DNA of 64,000 bases from a virus: the IMG/VR virus record IMGVR_UViG_646564589_000005, one strand, 5' to 3'. A program made the translations under genes and the position numbers. The notes beneath the pieces are model-generated. The model had not been told where the DNA came from. It saw only the letters and a list, made by a program, of their open reading frames with translations, and did no database searches. The first letter of the stretch is position 1. Every line of letters starts with the position of its first letter. This document shows positions 46,588-57,220 of the stretch, piece after piece.

Positions 46588-46640
46588 GAGTGATATCTTT
46601 ACAAACACTCCAATAGTGATTTATATTGACTGTTAGTGAT
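46588..46640. promoter_or_regulatory. AGTGAT repeats between cI and cro (also 45627-45700), candidate operators
   Basis: Three AGTGAT copies here; GTGAT-N7-ATCAC palindrome at 45629-45645. Confidence 0.5.
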
Positions 46641-46674
46641 ATTGTTATTGCCGTGGTGTTGGAGAAAGGAACTA

Positions 46675-46929
46675 ATGAAAAACAGTGTGATAAAAAAAGT
46701 GATAGATATCGCAGGCAGCCAGGCCAAGCTGGCTCAGGTTCTGGGATGTGCACAATCGCTCATCAGCGCATGGTTATACGGAAAAAAACGGGTTTCGGTG
46801 TCGTTGGTACCCGATATCGTGGTTTTGTCGAACGGGGCAGTCCAAGCCCATGAACTGCGTCCTGATCTGCCTACCGTTTTCCCACCACCTGAAGCCAAAG
46901 CCCATGAGTCAATTCCGGTCGGTGGCTGA
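46675..46929 (+). CDS. cro: Cro-like (YdaS-family) regulator
   Basis: AGSQAKLA..LG.AQS.IS.W; HELRPDL. Confidence 0.88.
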   Translation: MKNSVIKKVIDIAGSQAKLAQVLGCAQSLISAWLYGKKRVSVSLVPDIVVLSNGAVQAHELRPDLPTVFPPPEAKAHESIPVGG

Positions 46930-47006
46930 TTATGCAGGACGTTTTGGCTTAGCCCGATATGAACATGTGGATGGTGGTTAGCGTACGGTAACTAGGGGGG
47001 AACGGC

Positions 47007-47765
47007 ATGAGTATGAGTCTAATGGCGAAGGCAATGAGTATCCGAGTGGGTAATCCCCTGAGAAAACTGGTGCTGATTAAGCTGGCCGACAATGCAAATG
47101 ATAAAGGGGAGTGCTGGCCCTCATATCAGCATATTGCAGATCACTGTGAATGCAGCAAAAGCGCAGTGCGAAGCCACATTGATGCCCTGATTAAGATGGG
47201 CTTGCTTATCAAGGAAAACCGGCTCGGCAATCACAACGGGAAAGGGAATGCCTCGAATGTCTATTACCTGAATTTATCCGCTGACCCTGTGTCACCAAAA
47301 AGCATACCCCCTGTGCCACCTGCTGGCAGCTCTGTGTCATCTGCTGGCACCCCCATGCCGCCAGATGACATCCCCCCTATGCCATCAGATGGCACCAGAA
47401 CCAGTCACTCTTTTGAACCTGTCAAGGAACCCGTCAAAGAACCTATAAAACCCAAAGGGGCCGGGCAATTCGATCCCCTGACGGCCAAACCGGAAAACGT
47501 CAGTGCCGAAACGTGGGCGGATTGGGTGACGTTCAGGCAGGAAATCAGGAAACCCCTGACGGAAACCAGTTGCCGCCAGCAGGCTAAGCAATTGGCAGGA
47601 TGTACCAATCCTGATGAGGTGATTTGCACCTCCATTGCCAACAGCTGGCAAGGGTTATTTCCTGACAAACCGAGATCCGGGCGTCCACCACAAACCAACA
47701 CCCATACTGGATTTAAGCACAAGCGTTATGAATCACACGGCGCGAATTGGACAAAAAATCTTTAA
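47007..47765 (+). CDS. Replication initiator with N-terminal HTH
   Basis: KLVLIKLADNANDKGECWPSY..IA..CE; W.DWV.FR.E.RKPL..T. Confidence 0.92.
   Translation: MSMSLMAKAMSIRVGNPLRKLVLIKLADNANDKGECWPSYQHIADHCECSKSAVRSHIDALIKMGLLIKENRLGNHNGKGNASNVYYLNLSADPVSPKSIPPVPPAGSSVSSAGTPMPPDDIPPMPSDGTRTSHSFEPVKEPVKEPIKPKGAGQFDPLTAKPENVSAETWADWVTFRQEIRKPLTETSCRQQAKQLAGCTNPDEVICTSIANSWQGLFPDKPRSGRPPQTNTHTGFKHKRYESHGANWTKNL
47309..47394. repeat. Origin iterons of prophage 2 (TGYCRYCWGMTGRCA, 4 copies)
   Basis: Tandem repeats of about 21 nt inside the rep gene. Confidence 0.75.
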
Positions 47766-47780
47766 GGAGCAGAAGACGCG

Positions 47781-48365
47781 ATGGAAACAATCGATCTGGG
47801 CATATTGAAAATTGTTCCCCGCTTTGCGCAGGCCAGCTTTGCCACTTACCAACCGCAGAGCCTGAGGGCAGAAACCAACCTGAAAACCTGTCAGGGTTAT
47901 GTCCAGACGTGGGAGGAACGCAAGCGGGCAGGGGAAGGCATGATCCTGTGCGGGCGTCAGGGCACGGGCAAAACCCACCTCGCCGTCGCCCTCTGCCGTG
48001 AAATCGCCACAGGCGGTGATGAAGCGGTTTTTATTACCACCGCGTCACGCATCATCCGGGCGTTTCGTCGCTCATGGAATAGCGAAGGTGAAATGAGTGA
48101 ATTTGACACACTGAAATTTTACAGCGAGCTGGATTTGCTGGTGATTGACGAAATTGGTGTGCAATACGGCACGGAGTCTGAACGCAATATTTTGTTTGAG
48201 GTGCTGAATAATCGCTATGAAGACCTGTTGCCCACCATGCTGATCAGTAATTTGCCTGTGACTGAGCTGGCGCAGTTTTTGGGTGATCGGACGCTGGACA
48301 GAGTACTTCAGGGTGGCACGGTATTGGCCTTTGACTGGGAAAGCTACAGAAGGGAAATCGCATGA
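47781..48365 (+). CDS. DnaC/IstB-like ATPase helicase loader
   Basis: [11 protein letters not shown] Walker A; LLVIDEIG Walker B. Confidence 0.92.
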   Translation: METIDLGILKIVPRFAQASFATYQPQSLRAETNLKTCQGYVQTWEERKRAGEGMILCGRQGTGKTHLAVALCREIATGGDEAVFITTASRIIRAFRRSWNSEGEMSEFDTLKFYSELDLLVIDEIGVQYGTESERNILFEVLNNRYEDLLPTMLISNLPVTELAQFLGDRTLDRVLQGGTVLAFDWESYRREIA

Positions 48366-49723
48366 ACGTATATGATTTGGAAATGGCCGTCATCAGTGGT
48401 TTGTTATCGGGCGGGGCGACACCGGACGCTTACGACGTATTGGCAATTTTACCGGATGAGGCGTTCAGCTCCGTTCATCTGCGCCGGGTGTACGGGGAAA
48501 TCAAAAAGCAGGCCCTGAGCAGTACCATTATCGATCCCTTTTTCATTGCGGATGCGATGGGTGAAGAACGCGGCATTCTGGCTAACCTGCTGGAACTGGC
48601 CAAGACCCCGGTCTGGCAGGCCAATTTAAAAGGTTATGCTGAAAAAGTCATGCGTTACTGGCGTGTACGTCAGGTTACTGATCTGATTAACCGTTACCAG
48701 AAAGAGATTCAGGTCTGCGGCAATCATACGCAAGCTGAAGCACTGATCGAGGCTTTTGCATCCCAGTTTAATGGATTATCCCGGAGTGATAGTAGCTTAC
48801 AACCCGTGGTCATCGGTACATTGCTGGATAGATACGTTGAAACACTGGAAGCGCGCAATCAGGGCAAGACAGGCATGATCCTGACAGGTATTGAGCCGCT
48901 GGACGAACTGACAGGCGGATTTAACCCGACTGATCTGATTTTACTGGGCGGACGTCCGGGCATGGGAAAAACGGAACTGGCTTTGTGCATGATTGACGGC
49001 ATGACCCGCGACGGTGGCGGGGCTTTGTTGTTTTCCATGGAAATGGCAGCGCAACAAATTGCCGAGCGAATGGTAGCGAATTCGGCTGCGATGCCGGTGT
49101 CTAAACTCAGAAACTGTGAACTGTATGACGAAGACTGGGGGCGCATTGGCAATGCACTCGGTTCACTCATTGAGCGGGATATTCATGTTCTGGATGCCAG
49201 TGATCTGAGTATCGAACAAATTTGCGCCATCAGTGAAACCCATAAGCGTCGCCACCCGAACTTAAAGGGCATTTTCGTAGACTACCTTGGGTTGATTAGA
49301 AAACCCCGGGCTGACCGTCACGACTTAGCCGTGGCAGAAATATCGAAAGCACTGAAAGGATTGGCGAAACGGCTGCATACCCCGGTCACGGCCTTGAGCC
49401 AGCTCTCAAGGGAAGTGGATAAGCGCCCTTTGTATCAGCGTCGCCCGATAGCGGCTGACTTACGTGATTCCGGCTCGCTGGAGCAGGATGCGGATCGCAT
49501 TCTCTTTACTTACCGGGATGGGGTGTATAACCCACTCAGCCCCGCCAGCCAGTACGCGGAAATTATTCTGGAGAAAAACCGCCACGGGCAAACCGGAACG
49601 GTTTATCAGGCATTCAGGCACGGCCATTATCTGCCGACCGATCAGATATCGGCTGCTGAAGTTTGCCGGATGCAACGACAAACCAAACAAAAAGAACGCC
49701 GCTATGCTGACAGGGCACTTTAA
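48362..49723 (+). CDS. dnaB: Phage DnaB-like helicase
   Basis: [27 protein letters not shown]. Confidence 0.95.
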   Translation: MNVYDLEMAVISGLLSGGATPDAYDVLAILPDEAFSSVHLRRVYGEIKKQALSSTIIDPFFIADAMGEERGILANLLELAKTPVWQANLKGYAEKVMRYWRVRQVTDLINRYQKEIQVCGNHTQAEALIEAFASQFNGLSRSDSSLQPVVIGTLLDRYVETLEARNQGKTGMILTGIEPLDELTGGFNPTDLILLGGRPGMGKTELALCMIDGMTRDGGGALLFSMEMAAQQIAERMVANSAAMPVSKLRNCELYDEDWGRIGNALGSLIERDIHVLDASDLSIEQICAISETHKRRHPNLKGIFVDYLGLIRKPRADRHDLAVAEISKALKGLAKRLHTPVTALSQLSREVDKRPLYQRRPIAADLRDSGSLEQDADRILFTYRDGVYNPLSPASQYAEIILEKNRHGQTGTVYQAFRHGHYLPTDQISAAEVCRMQRQTKQKERRYADRAL

Positions 49724-49741
49724 TCACAGGGGAGTGTGCGA

Positions 49742-50146
49742 ATGCGTGATATTCAATTAGTCATGGAACGCTGGGGCGCATGGGTGGCTGATAATCGCGA
49801 CGGGGTTTACTGGTCCTCCATTGCGGCAGGTTTCAAAGGATTAATCCCGAACAGAGTGAAGTCCCGGGTACAATGTTGTGATGATGACGCTATGGTTATT
49901 TCCAGTTGCATGGCAAAACTGAATCAGCAGTCTAGTGATGCCCATGACCTGTTGTTTGATTATTACGTCTTTGGTAAAACGTTTATGCAATTGGCCCATG
50001 ATCACCACTGTTCTGATACGCATATCGGAAAACGGTTACAAAAGGCCTAAGGCGTGATTGAAGGGATGTTAATGATGCTGGATATCCCACTGGACATGGA
50101 TAAAGATATCCCGTTAGCACAACACCTATTATGTAGCGATTTTTAA
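49742..50146 (+). pseudogene. Q: Antiterminator Q with a premature TAA at 50048-50050
   Basis: [14 protein letters not shown] family; frame continues GVIEGMLMMLDIPLDMD after the stop. Confidence 0.8.
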
Positions 50147-50350
50147 AAATAAATCTTTACGATCGTAAAAACGCTGCTATTGTGATAACCGTGATGACAA
50201 AGTCACCAGGCTTATTAATATCAGACAGCTTAAACCTTGCCCCGTGCAAGGTTTTTTTACGCCTGAAATAAACATAAGACTTGCTGTTGTGACGGGTCAG
50301 AGTTACCTATGTGTCTATGCACAAAAACTGACCATGAGGTTAAATTTATC

Positions 50351-50551
50351 ATGCTAAAACATGAAGATATGACAATGACAGCCGCCTGTGTTTTAGACGC
50401 CGTGCCTTTGCATACGTGGTTTTCTGTTTCTGAAGTGTCTAAATTAATGGGGCTGCCTGAACCCCGTTGCCAATTACTGTTAACACAATTTCGTCTGGCG
50501 GGTTTAATGGAAAGCCGGGAGGATGACACGTTTTTCAAACGTTCTCCCTGA
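50351..50551 (+). CDS. Small winged-helix-like phage protein
   Basis: EDMT.TA...RCQL.LTQ..LAGL motif seen in enterobacterial prophages. Confidence 0.7.
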   Translation: MLKHEDMTMTAACVLDAVPLHTWFSVSEVSKLMGLPEPRCQLLLTQFRLAGLMESREDDTFFKRSP

Positions 50552-50650
50552 TGGGGCTATTTCCCAGGACGTGAAAGCGCAGCCGGTGAATGCCGGCTTT
50601 TCGTGTTGTGGTTTTCCTGAAAGTCGCCAGTGTCGAGAGGAAAAAAGCGG

Positions 50651-51688
50651 ATGGATCTACGCCCTGTCACCTTAGTCAACGATGACTCTCTGAAATTTAT
50701 CAAAACTCTGCCGGATAACTGCATCGATTTAATCGCCACTGACCCGCCGTACTTTCGGGTAAAAGCGTGTAGCTGGGATAACCAGTGGGAGGACGTCACG
50801 GCCTACCTTGCCTGGCTGGATGAACTGCTTGCTGAATTTTGGCGAGTACTGAAACCGAACGGCAGCCTGTACATGTTTTGTGGTTCGCGTCTGGCTGCTG
50901 ATACCGAGCTGCTGGTGCGGGAACGGTTTAACGTGCTGAACCAGATTATCTGGGCGAAACCGTCCGGCCCGTGGCGCAGGCAGAATAAAGAAAGCCTGCG
51001 CATGTATTTCCCGGCCACTGAACGCATCATTTTTGCCGAACATTACCAGGGACCCTATCACCCGAAAGGGGATGGCTATTACAAGCAATGCCAGGATCTA
51101 AAACAGTCGGTATTTAAACCACTGGTTGATTATTTTCGTGGTTCTCGAAAAGCGCTAGGTGTCACGGCAAAAGCCATTCATGCCGCCACTGGGAAGCAGA
51201 TGGCCAGTCACTGGTTCAGCGATAGCCAGTGGCAGTTACCCAGTGAAACTGACTATCAAAAGTTGCAGGGTTTGTTTGACCGCATCGCCAAAGAAAAGCA
51301 TCAGCGTGGCGAACTGAACATCCCTTATGCTGAGCTGGTGGGTTCTCATTTCACCCTGTCGCGTCAGTATGATGAATTACGGCAGGAATATGGTTTAATG
51401 CGCCGCCCATTCTCGGTGACAGCCGCCGTGCCGTATACCGATGTCTGGCAGTTTGCCCCTGTTCAGTATTACCCGGGCAAGCATCCGTGTGAAAAACCCG
51501 CTGATTTAATGACGCATATTATCCAGTCCAGTAGCCGGGAAGGGGATCTGGTGGCGGATTTCTTTATGGGTTCTGGGGCGACATTGAAAACCGCGTTGAA
51601 ACTCAATCGCCGTGTATTAGGAGTTGAGTTGGAAGAAGAACGGTTTAAGCAGACTATTCAGGAGATCAACGGGCAGTTGTCAACTTAG
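50651..51688 (+). CDS. Orphan DNA methyltransferase (beta class, N6A/N4C)
   Basis: DPPY motif, HPCEKP, DFFMGSG; no restriction gene nearby. Confidence 0.93.
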   Translation: MDLRPVTLVNDDSLKFIKTLPDNCIDLIATDPPYFRVKACSWDNQWEDVTAYLAWLDELLAEFWRVLKPNGSLYMFCGSRLAADTELLVRERFNVLNQIIWAKPSGPWRRQNKESLRMYFPATERIIFAEHYQGPYHPKGDGYYKQCQDLKQSVFKPLVDYFRGSRKALGVTAKAIHAATGKQMASHWFSDSQWQLPSETDYQKLQGLFDRIAKEKHQRGELNIPYAELVGSHFTLSRQYDELRQEYGLMRRPFSVTAAVPYTDVWQFAPVQYYPGKHPCEKPADLMTHIIQSSSREGDLVADFFMGSGATLKTALKLNRRVLGVELEEERFKQTIQEINGQLST

Positions 51689-51758
51689 CGTTTACGACTC
51701 AACTCATCGGTATGACTGGATAGTTGAAGTAGTTCGGCAATACCGAACCACTTCATCA

Positions 51759-52040
51759 TTATAGATGTGCAAATATCGGCCTGATTTCGGGGCGTTGTTG
51801 TTGAGAAGCCTGCCATAACTCATACTGGGACTGCATACTTGTCCACATTTCGGCACTGGTTCCCAATGCCGCTTCTAAACGAAGTGCCATATCTGCGGAT
51901 ATGCCTGCGCTGCCATTTAAAATACGGGATAAAGCCACACGGGTTACGCCCAGCGCTTTTGCCGCTTCTGTAACAGAAATGTCGCCTAAATATTCGCGTA
52001 AGACAATGCCGGGATGGGCGGGATTATGCATTCTGCTCAT
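51759..52040 (-). CDS. higA: HigA antitoxin
   Basis: [13 protein letters not shown]; [19 protein letters not shown]. Confidence 0.95.
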   Translation of the reverse strand: MSRMHNPAHPGIVLREYLGDISVTEAAKALGVTRVALSRILNGSAGISADMALRLEAALGTSAEMWTSMQSQYELWQASQQQRPEIRPIFAHL

Positions 52041-52051
52041 TGTGTGATTTC

Positions 52052-52333
52052 TCAGTGATAATCTTGATAATTAACCAAAATGGCATCTTCGCCTTCAAAG
52101 CGAAATGTCAGCCGCCAGTTCCCGTTGACAGAAACAGCCCAGTGGCCTTTTAAATCAGCACCTTTTAACGGGGGTAATTTCCAGCCGGGCGCGTTCATGT
52201 CATCGGGTTTTTTGGCGGTGTTTAACGCGGTTAATTGAATATTCAGTTTTACAGCATGGTTCGCCTGAATGCCTGCTGTAGAGCCTGTTTTAAAGAATTT
52301 TTCTAACCCTTTATGTTTAAAACTCTTAATCAT
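52052..52333 (-). CDS. higB: HigB toxin (RelE superfamily) with His54 replaced by Pro
   Basis: [24 protein letters not shown]; toxin-first order. Confidence 0.93.
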   Translation of the reverse strand: MIKSFKHKGLEKFFKTGSTAGIQANHAVKLNIQLTALNTAKKPDDMNAPGWKLPPLKGADLKGHWAVSVNGNWRLTFRFEGEDAILVNYQDYH

Positions 52334-52343
52334 TGTGCGCCAC

Positions 52344-52389
52344 CGTATACTGTATAGCGTCAGTATACGTTAAGTGTGTGCAGTGTCAA
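52344..52389 (-). promoter_or_regulatory. higBA promoter (TTGACA-16-TATACT) with operator palindrome CGTATACTG-N8-CAGTATACG (52344-52369)
   Basis: Direct reading. Confidence 0.75.
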
Positions 52390-52488
52390 CCGACTTTGCC
52401 ACCGCAATCACTCTCATCACATCCGTATACACGCACAGGGGCTAACATTACTCACCCTACAGACACCCATTGCTTTAACAGGGGAAAT

Positions 52489-52827
52489 ATGAAAATGAAA
52501 GAAAATCCTGATATATGGGTACACCTTGGTAACTGGTTTGTTTCAATAAAAGAGCAAGGCGTTAGGTCAGTACTCGCCGGGACAATGGCCTTTCTTCGCG
52601 GCCGTTATAACGGTGGAGGTTGGTTAAAGGTGTCAATTGATGCCTTCATGTGTGCCATGTTCGCGTGGTTTATTCGTGATGTCTTAAATCTGTTTGGTCT
52701 GAATCCTGATTTAGCCTATATCGGCAGTGTGATGATTGGCTATCTAGGGACGGATTTTATCGGTCAATTACTGCGTAAGGCCGCAGAGAAAAAAACGGGA
52801 GCATCTTCTGATGGAAATCAGCAATAA
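52489..52827 (+). CDS. S: Lambda S-family holin with Met-Lys-Met dual start
   Basis: Close paralogue of 12237-12575. Confidence 0.92.
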   Translation: MKMKENPDIWVHLGNWFVSIKEQGVRSVLAGTMAFLRGRYNGGGWLKVSIDAFMCAMFAWFIRDVLNLFGLNPDLAYIGSVMIGYLGTDFIGQLLRKAAEKKTGASSDGNQQ

Positions 52828-53245
52828 AGGCCTTGAGTGTATCAAACAGTATGAAGGCCTGAAACTGAAAGTCTACCCCGATCCCGCAACTGGCGGCATT
52901 CCGTGGACAATTGGTTACGGTCATACCAAAGGGGTTAAAAAAGGTGATGTGATTACAGAGCAGCAGGCTGAAGCATTCTTGCAGGATGATCTCCAGCCTG
53001 TTTACACCACATTAAGGCAATGGGTTAACGTTCCTTTGAATCAAGGCCAGTTCGATGCTTTGTGCTCGTTTATCTTCAATTGCGGTAGCGGTAACTTTTC
53101 TGGCTCTACTTTATTAAAGAAACTCAATCAAGGTGATTATAAAGGCGCAGCGGCAGAATTTTCCCGCTGGAATAAAGCAGCAGGTAAGGCAATGCGTGGG
53201 CTGGATAATCGCAGGGCATCTGAACGCCAGATGTTTTTATCATGA
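52811..53245 (+). CDS. R: Endolysin, GH24
   Basis: [23 protein letters not shown]. Confidence 0.95.
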   Translation: MEISNKGLECIKQYEGLKLKVYPDPATGGIPWTIGYGHTKGVKKGDVITEQQAEAFLQDDLQPVYTTLRQWVNVPLNQGQFDALCSFIFNCGSGNFSGSTLLKKLNQGDYKGAAAEFSRWNKAAGKAMRGLDNRRASERQMFLS

Positions 53246-53715
53246 AGCTCAATTTCACCAAGGGTACGGTTATTGCGTTGATGATTGCTTCAGCCGCAAC
53301 CTTCTTATACCGCTCTGAATATAAGAAACAGCTCGGTATTAATAACGAGCAGATAACAGAAATCCAGCAACTGACTGACACCATTGATTATCAGAATACG
53401 CATATTGAAATGCTGCATGGATTGGATAGCAAACACACTCAGGAACTCGCCAATGCCAAGATTGAAATCGATACTCTTCGGGCTGATGTTGCCGCTGGTC
53501 GTCGCAAGTTGCGCATCCAAGCAGCCTGTCCCGTGCCTGAAACCACTCCCTCCAGCAGCGTGGTCGATGCAACCACCGTCGAACTCACTGGAGAAACTGG
53601 ATCAGCTGTTCTCGATATCCGGGAAGGCATCATCAACGACCGAGCAAAATTAAGGTATTTACAGGAATATGTGAGTACTGGATACAGAGGAAATCACGGA
53701 AAACCAACACCATAA
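53242..53715 (+). CDS. Rz: Rz i-spanin
   Basis: LRADVAAGRRKLRI motif. Confidence 0.9.
   Translation: MKLNFTKGTVIALMIASAATFLYRSEYKKQLGINNEQITEIQQLTDTIDYQNTHIEMLHGLDSKHTQELANAKIEIDTLRADVAAGRRKLRIQAACPVPETTPSSSVVDATTVELTGETGSAVLDIREGIINDRAKLRYLQEYVSTGYRGNHGKPTP
53453..53653 (+). CDS. Rz1: Rz1 o-spanin lipoprotein
   Basis: Lipobox VVASC nested in Rz. Confidence 0.88.
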   Translation: MPRLKSILFGLMLPLVVASCASKQPVPCLKPLPPAAWSMQPPSNSLEKLDQLFSISGKASSTTEQN

Positions 53716-53825
53716 TCAGAACAAATGAATTCTGAGGTTGTGGGAATATGTCAGGACGCGGTATCGGTAATATAGATTATATAGTATGTTAATAATATGT
53801 AATTAATAGAGGTGAATCTTGGTTT

Positions 53826-54137
53826 ATGGAGCATATAAAAAGTAAAGATTTTAAATCTGAGCGAGCATGGGATTCTCGGTTGATCTCGAATCTTGATGGC
53901 GTTACCGTAAAACTTCATTGGACTAACCAACCTTATATATGGCATATCAACGAGGGTGAAGAAGTGTTTGCGGTCATGGATGGAAATGTTGATATGCACT
54001 ATAAAGAAAAAGGACAGGAAAAAATCGCCAAATTAAAAACAGGAGATATATTTTACGCTTCTATTGGCACTGAGCATGTAGCTTATCCAATAGGTGAAGC
54101 AAGAATATTGGTAATAGAGAAAGAAGGCAGTATTTAG
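53826..54137 (+). CDS. Cupin-domain moron
   Basis: WH.N..EEVF.VMDG ... GD.FY...GTEH cupin motifs. Confidence 0.88.
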   Translation: MEHIKSKDFKSERAWDSRLISNLDGVTVKLHWTNQPYIWHINEGEEVFAVMDGNVDMHYKEKGQEKIAKLKTGDIFYASIGTEHVAYPIGEARILVIEKEGSI

Positions 54138-54266
54138 TAGAAAAAACCGTTAACATTTTCAATAAATACAGCATATCCCCTGTTACCCGTTGACGCTGGT
54201 GGCATTTTTATTGAGTACATCATTCAACCACCGTTTGGTGGTTTTTTGCCATATGGAGTGCAGCAC

Positions 54267-54617
54267 ATGCCACCCCGTATTCCAAGAGCCTGTCGCAAAT
54301 CAGGCTGCCCTAAGACCACCACTGACCGTAGCGGCTACTGTATTGACCACCAGCACACCGGCTGGCAACGCTACCAGCAGGGCAAGAGCCGACATCAACG
54401 CGGCTATGGCAGCCAATGGGATAAGTTAAAGGTTCGTGTTAAACAACAGAATAACCACCTGTGTCAGTACTGTTTACGGCAGGGACGAGTGGTCACAGGC
54501 ACCACCGTTGACCATATCCAACCCAAAGCGCATGGCGGCACTGATGCGTTAAGCAATCTACAGCTATTGTGTGAAGCCTGCCATCGACAGAAGACAGCCA
54601 CGGAGCGATTACGCTGA
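54267..54617 (+). CDS. HNH endonuclease (cos packaging, HK97 gp74-like)
   Basis: C.YC...VDHI.PKAHGGTD..SNLQ.LC..CH. Confidence 0.92.
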   Translation: MPPRIPRACRKSGCPKTTTDRSGYCIDHQHTGWQRYQQGKSRHQRGYGSQWDKLKVRVKQQNNHLCQYCLRQGRVVTGTTVDHIQPKAHGGTDALSNLQLLCEACHRQKTATERLR

Positions 54618-54669
54618 AGGTTGAGTGAATATTAATTTCAAAAGTAATCATTTCGAATTTCATAGTCAC

Positions 54670-54765
54670 AAGAGGAGGGCGGGTAAAATCCCTACCCCTC
54701 TCGCCCCCAAGGACCGCCCCCTTGGGGCTTTTTTTATGCCCGCGAAAAATGAAATTTAAATCGGG
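54670..54765. other. Probable cos/packaging-initiation region
   Basis: GC-rich motif between HNH and terS, the position of cos in HK97/P27-like phages. Confidence 0.45.
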
Positions 54766-54812
54766 TGCTTTTTACTGATCTTTCACCATTTTTAAGCCGG
54801 GAGGGGCTGCGT

Positions 54813-55307
54813 ATGGCGGGAACGATGGGTAAGTCAGGCCGTCGTCCCAAGCCAACGGCACGCAAAGAACTGGCGGGCAATCCGGGCAAGCGCAAGCTGA
54901 ACCGGGATGAACCGAGCTTTACGCCACTGACCGGAGTATCACCCCCGGATTGGTTTGCTGAAAACGAGATGCTGCTGGCTGTGGTGATGTGGGAACTGAC
55001 CAGCAAAGAGCTGTGCGCCCAAGGGTTACTCTGTGTCACGGATCTTGCGGTGCTCGAACGCTGGTGTGTGGCTTACCAGTTCTGGCGCAATGCTGTGATA
55101 AATATCGCCCGGCAGGGTAATACGGTAACCGGTGCGACCGGGGGACCCATTAAAAACCCGGAACTGACTGCCAAAAAAGAACAACAATCTGAAATGGATA
55201 CTACCGGCGCGATGCTGGGGTTAGATCCAAGCAGCCGCCAGCGCCTGATAGGTGCGGCGGGTCAGGCCAAAACGGACAATCCATTTATGAGGATGATCTC
55301 ATCATGA
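54813..55307 (+). CDS. terS: Terminase small subunit (P27 family)
   Basis: GRRPKPT..K.L.GNPGKR.LN; IKNP; LGL.PSSR.RL. Confidence 0.95.
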   Translation: MAGTMGKSGRRPKPTARKELAGNPGKRKLNRDEPSFTPLTGVSPPDWFAENEMLLAVVMWELTSKELCAQGLLCVTDLAVLERWCVAYQFWRNAVINIARQGNTVTGATGGPIKNPELTAKKEQQSEMDTTGAMLGLDPSSRQRLIGAAGQAKTDNPFMRMISS

Positions 55308-57034
55308 GCCGCAAATCTTATCTGAATGTCAATACGGCGAACCAATATGCCCGTGATGTCGTGCGTGGCAAAATTGACGTTGGTCGCTACGTCAGAGAGG
55401 CCTGTCAGCGGCATCTGGATAATCTGCATCAGGAAAAGAGCCGGCAGTTCAACTATCGGTTTGATAAGGATCTGGCAGAACGCGCCGCGAAATTTATCCA
55501 GCTATTGCCGCATACCAAAGGCGAATGGGCATTTAAGCGGATGCCGATCACGCTGGAACCGTGGCAACTGTTTATTGTCTGCTCGGTCTTTGGCTGGGTG
55601 CATAAAGGCAGCCGGTTACGCCGCTTTCGGGAGGTGTATACCGAAATTCCCCGTAAAAATGGCAAATCGGCGATTTCAGCCGGTGTGGCACTCTATTGTT
55701 TTACCTGTGATAACGAATTCGGTGCGGAGGTTTATTCCGGCGCGACCACGGAGAAACAGGCGTGGGAGGTATTCCGGCCTGCGCGACTGATGTGCAAGCG
55801 TACCCCGCTGCTACTTGAGGCGTTCGGCATTGAAGTGAATGCCGCCAATATGAACCGCCCGGCAGACGGGGCGCGGTTTGAGCCGTTAATTGGCAATCCC
55901 GGTGACGGTCAGTCCCCCAGTTGTGCCATTGTCGACGAATATCATGAACATGATACCGATGACCTGTATACCACCATGCTCACGGGAATGGGAGCACGAC
56001 GTCAGCCGCTGATGTGGGCGATCACCACGGCAGGTTACAACATTGAAGGGCCTTGCTATGACAAGCGGCGCGAAGTGATTGAAATGCTGTCCGGTAATGT
56101 GCCCAATGAAGAGCTGTTCGGCGTGATCTATACCGTGGACGAGGGGGATGACTGGACCTCACCGGACGTATTGCGCAAAGCCAATCCCAATATGGGCGTC
56201 TCGGTCTATGCTGATTTTTTGCTGAGCCAGCAACAACGCGCCCTGAATAACCCGCGTTTAGCCAGCGTATTCAAGACCAAACACCTGAATATCTGGGTGT
56301 CTGCACGGGAGGCTTATTTCAATATGGTGAACTGGAAACAGTGCGAAGACACTTCACTGACGCTGGAACAATTCGCAGGTCAGCCTTGTTTTCTGGCTTT
56401 TGACCTCGCCCGTAAACTGGATATGAATAGCATGGCGCGGCTTTTTTCACGTGAAACTGACGGCAAGCGTCATTTTTACAGTATCGCCCCACGTTTCTGG
56501 GTGCCGTATGACACGGTTTACAGCGTGGAGCAGAGTGAGAACCGCCGCAGTGCCGAACGTTTTCAGAAATGGGTGGAAATGGATCTGCTGACCGTGACGG
56601 AAGGTGCTGAAGTGGATTACCGCTATATCCTTGAAGAAGCCAAACTCGCCTGTCACCTGAACCCGGTCAATGAAGCCCCGATCGATCCCTTTGGGGCAAC
56701 CGGCTTATCGCATGCATTGGCGGACGAAGGGATTAATCCCATTATCATTACCCAGAATTTCACGCATATGAGCGATCCGATGAAAGAGCTGGAGGCCGCC
56801 ATCCAGTCCGGTCGTTTCCATCATGACGGTCATCCGATAATGTCCTGGTGTCTCGGCAATGTTGTCGGAAAAACGCTGGCTGGCAATGATGACATTGTGC
56901 GCCCCATCAAAGAGCATAAAGACAGCAAAATTGATGGCGCGGTAGCGCTGATAATGGCGATGGGGCGGGCTATTTTGCATGAAGCCCCCAGTCTCTCAGA
57001 TCATTTGATCTCCCACGGTGTACGCTCACTCTGA
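55304..57034 (+). CDS. terL: Terminase large subunit
   Basis: [27 protein letters not shown]. Confidence 0.95.
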   Translation: MSRKSYLNVNTANQYARDVVRGKIDVGRYVREACQRHLDNLHQEKSRQFNYRFDKDLAERAAKFIQLLPHTKGEWAFKRMPITLEPWQLFIVCSVFGWVHKGSRLRRFREVYTEIPRKNGKSAISAGVALYCFTCDNEFGAEVYSGATTEKQAWEVFRPARLMCKRTPLLLEAFGIEVNAANMNRPADGARFEPLIGNPGDGQSPSCAIVDEYHEHDTDDLYTTMLTGMGARRQPLMWAITTAGYNIEGPCYDKRREVIEMLSGNVPNEELFGVIYTVDEGDDWTSPDVLRKANPNMGVSVYADFLLSQQQRALNNPRLASVFKTKHLNIWVSAREAYFNMVNWKQCEDTSLTLEQFAGQPCFLAFDLARKLDMNSMARLFSRETDGKRHFYSIAPRFWVPYDTVYSVEQSENRRSAERFQKWVEMDLLTVTEGAEVDYRYILEEAKLACHLNPVNEAPIDPFGATGLSHALADEGINPIIITQNFTHMSDPMKELEAAIQSGRFHHDGHPIMSWCLGNVVGKTLAGNDDIVRPIKEHKDSKIDGAVALIMAMGRAILHEAPSLSDHLISHGVRSL

Positions 57035-57043
57035 GATTTTTTC

Positions 57044-57220
57044 ATGAAAGGATTAATGATTGCTGCCCTGCTAATCGGGCTGGCGGGCGGCGTTTTGCTG
57101 TCTTACGGCGCATGGCTGTTGTTACCGGCGGCCGGATTTATGGTGTCTGGCGTGTTGTGCCTCGGCTGGTCGTATCTGGTTTCACGTATGTTGAGCCAAA
57201 CACTGGATAAGGAAGCCTGA
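57044..57220 (+). CDS. 58-aa membrane protein between terL and portal
   Basis: Manual translation; two hydrophobic segments; TGA/ATG overlap with portal. Confidence 0.75.
   Translation: MKGLMIAALLIGLAGGVLLSYGAWLLLPAAGFMVSGVLCLGWSYLVSRMLSQTLDKEA

Noticed and set aside
47781-48365. DnaC-like gene as a truncated pseudogene
   Set aside because: Short, but Walker A/B and downstream motifs are intact and an AAGGAG RBS is present; no clear lesion
52350-52363. CTG...CAG in the higBA promoter as an SOS box
   Set aside because: The spacer is 8 nt; better explained as the HigA operator
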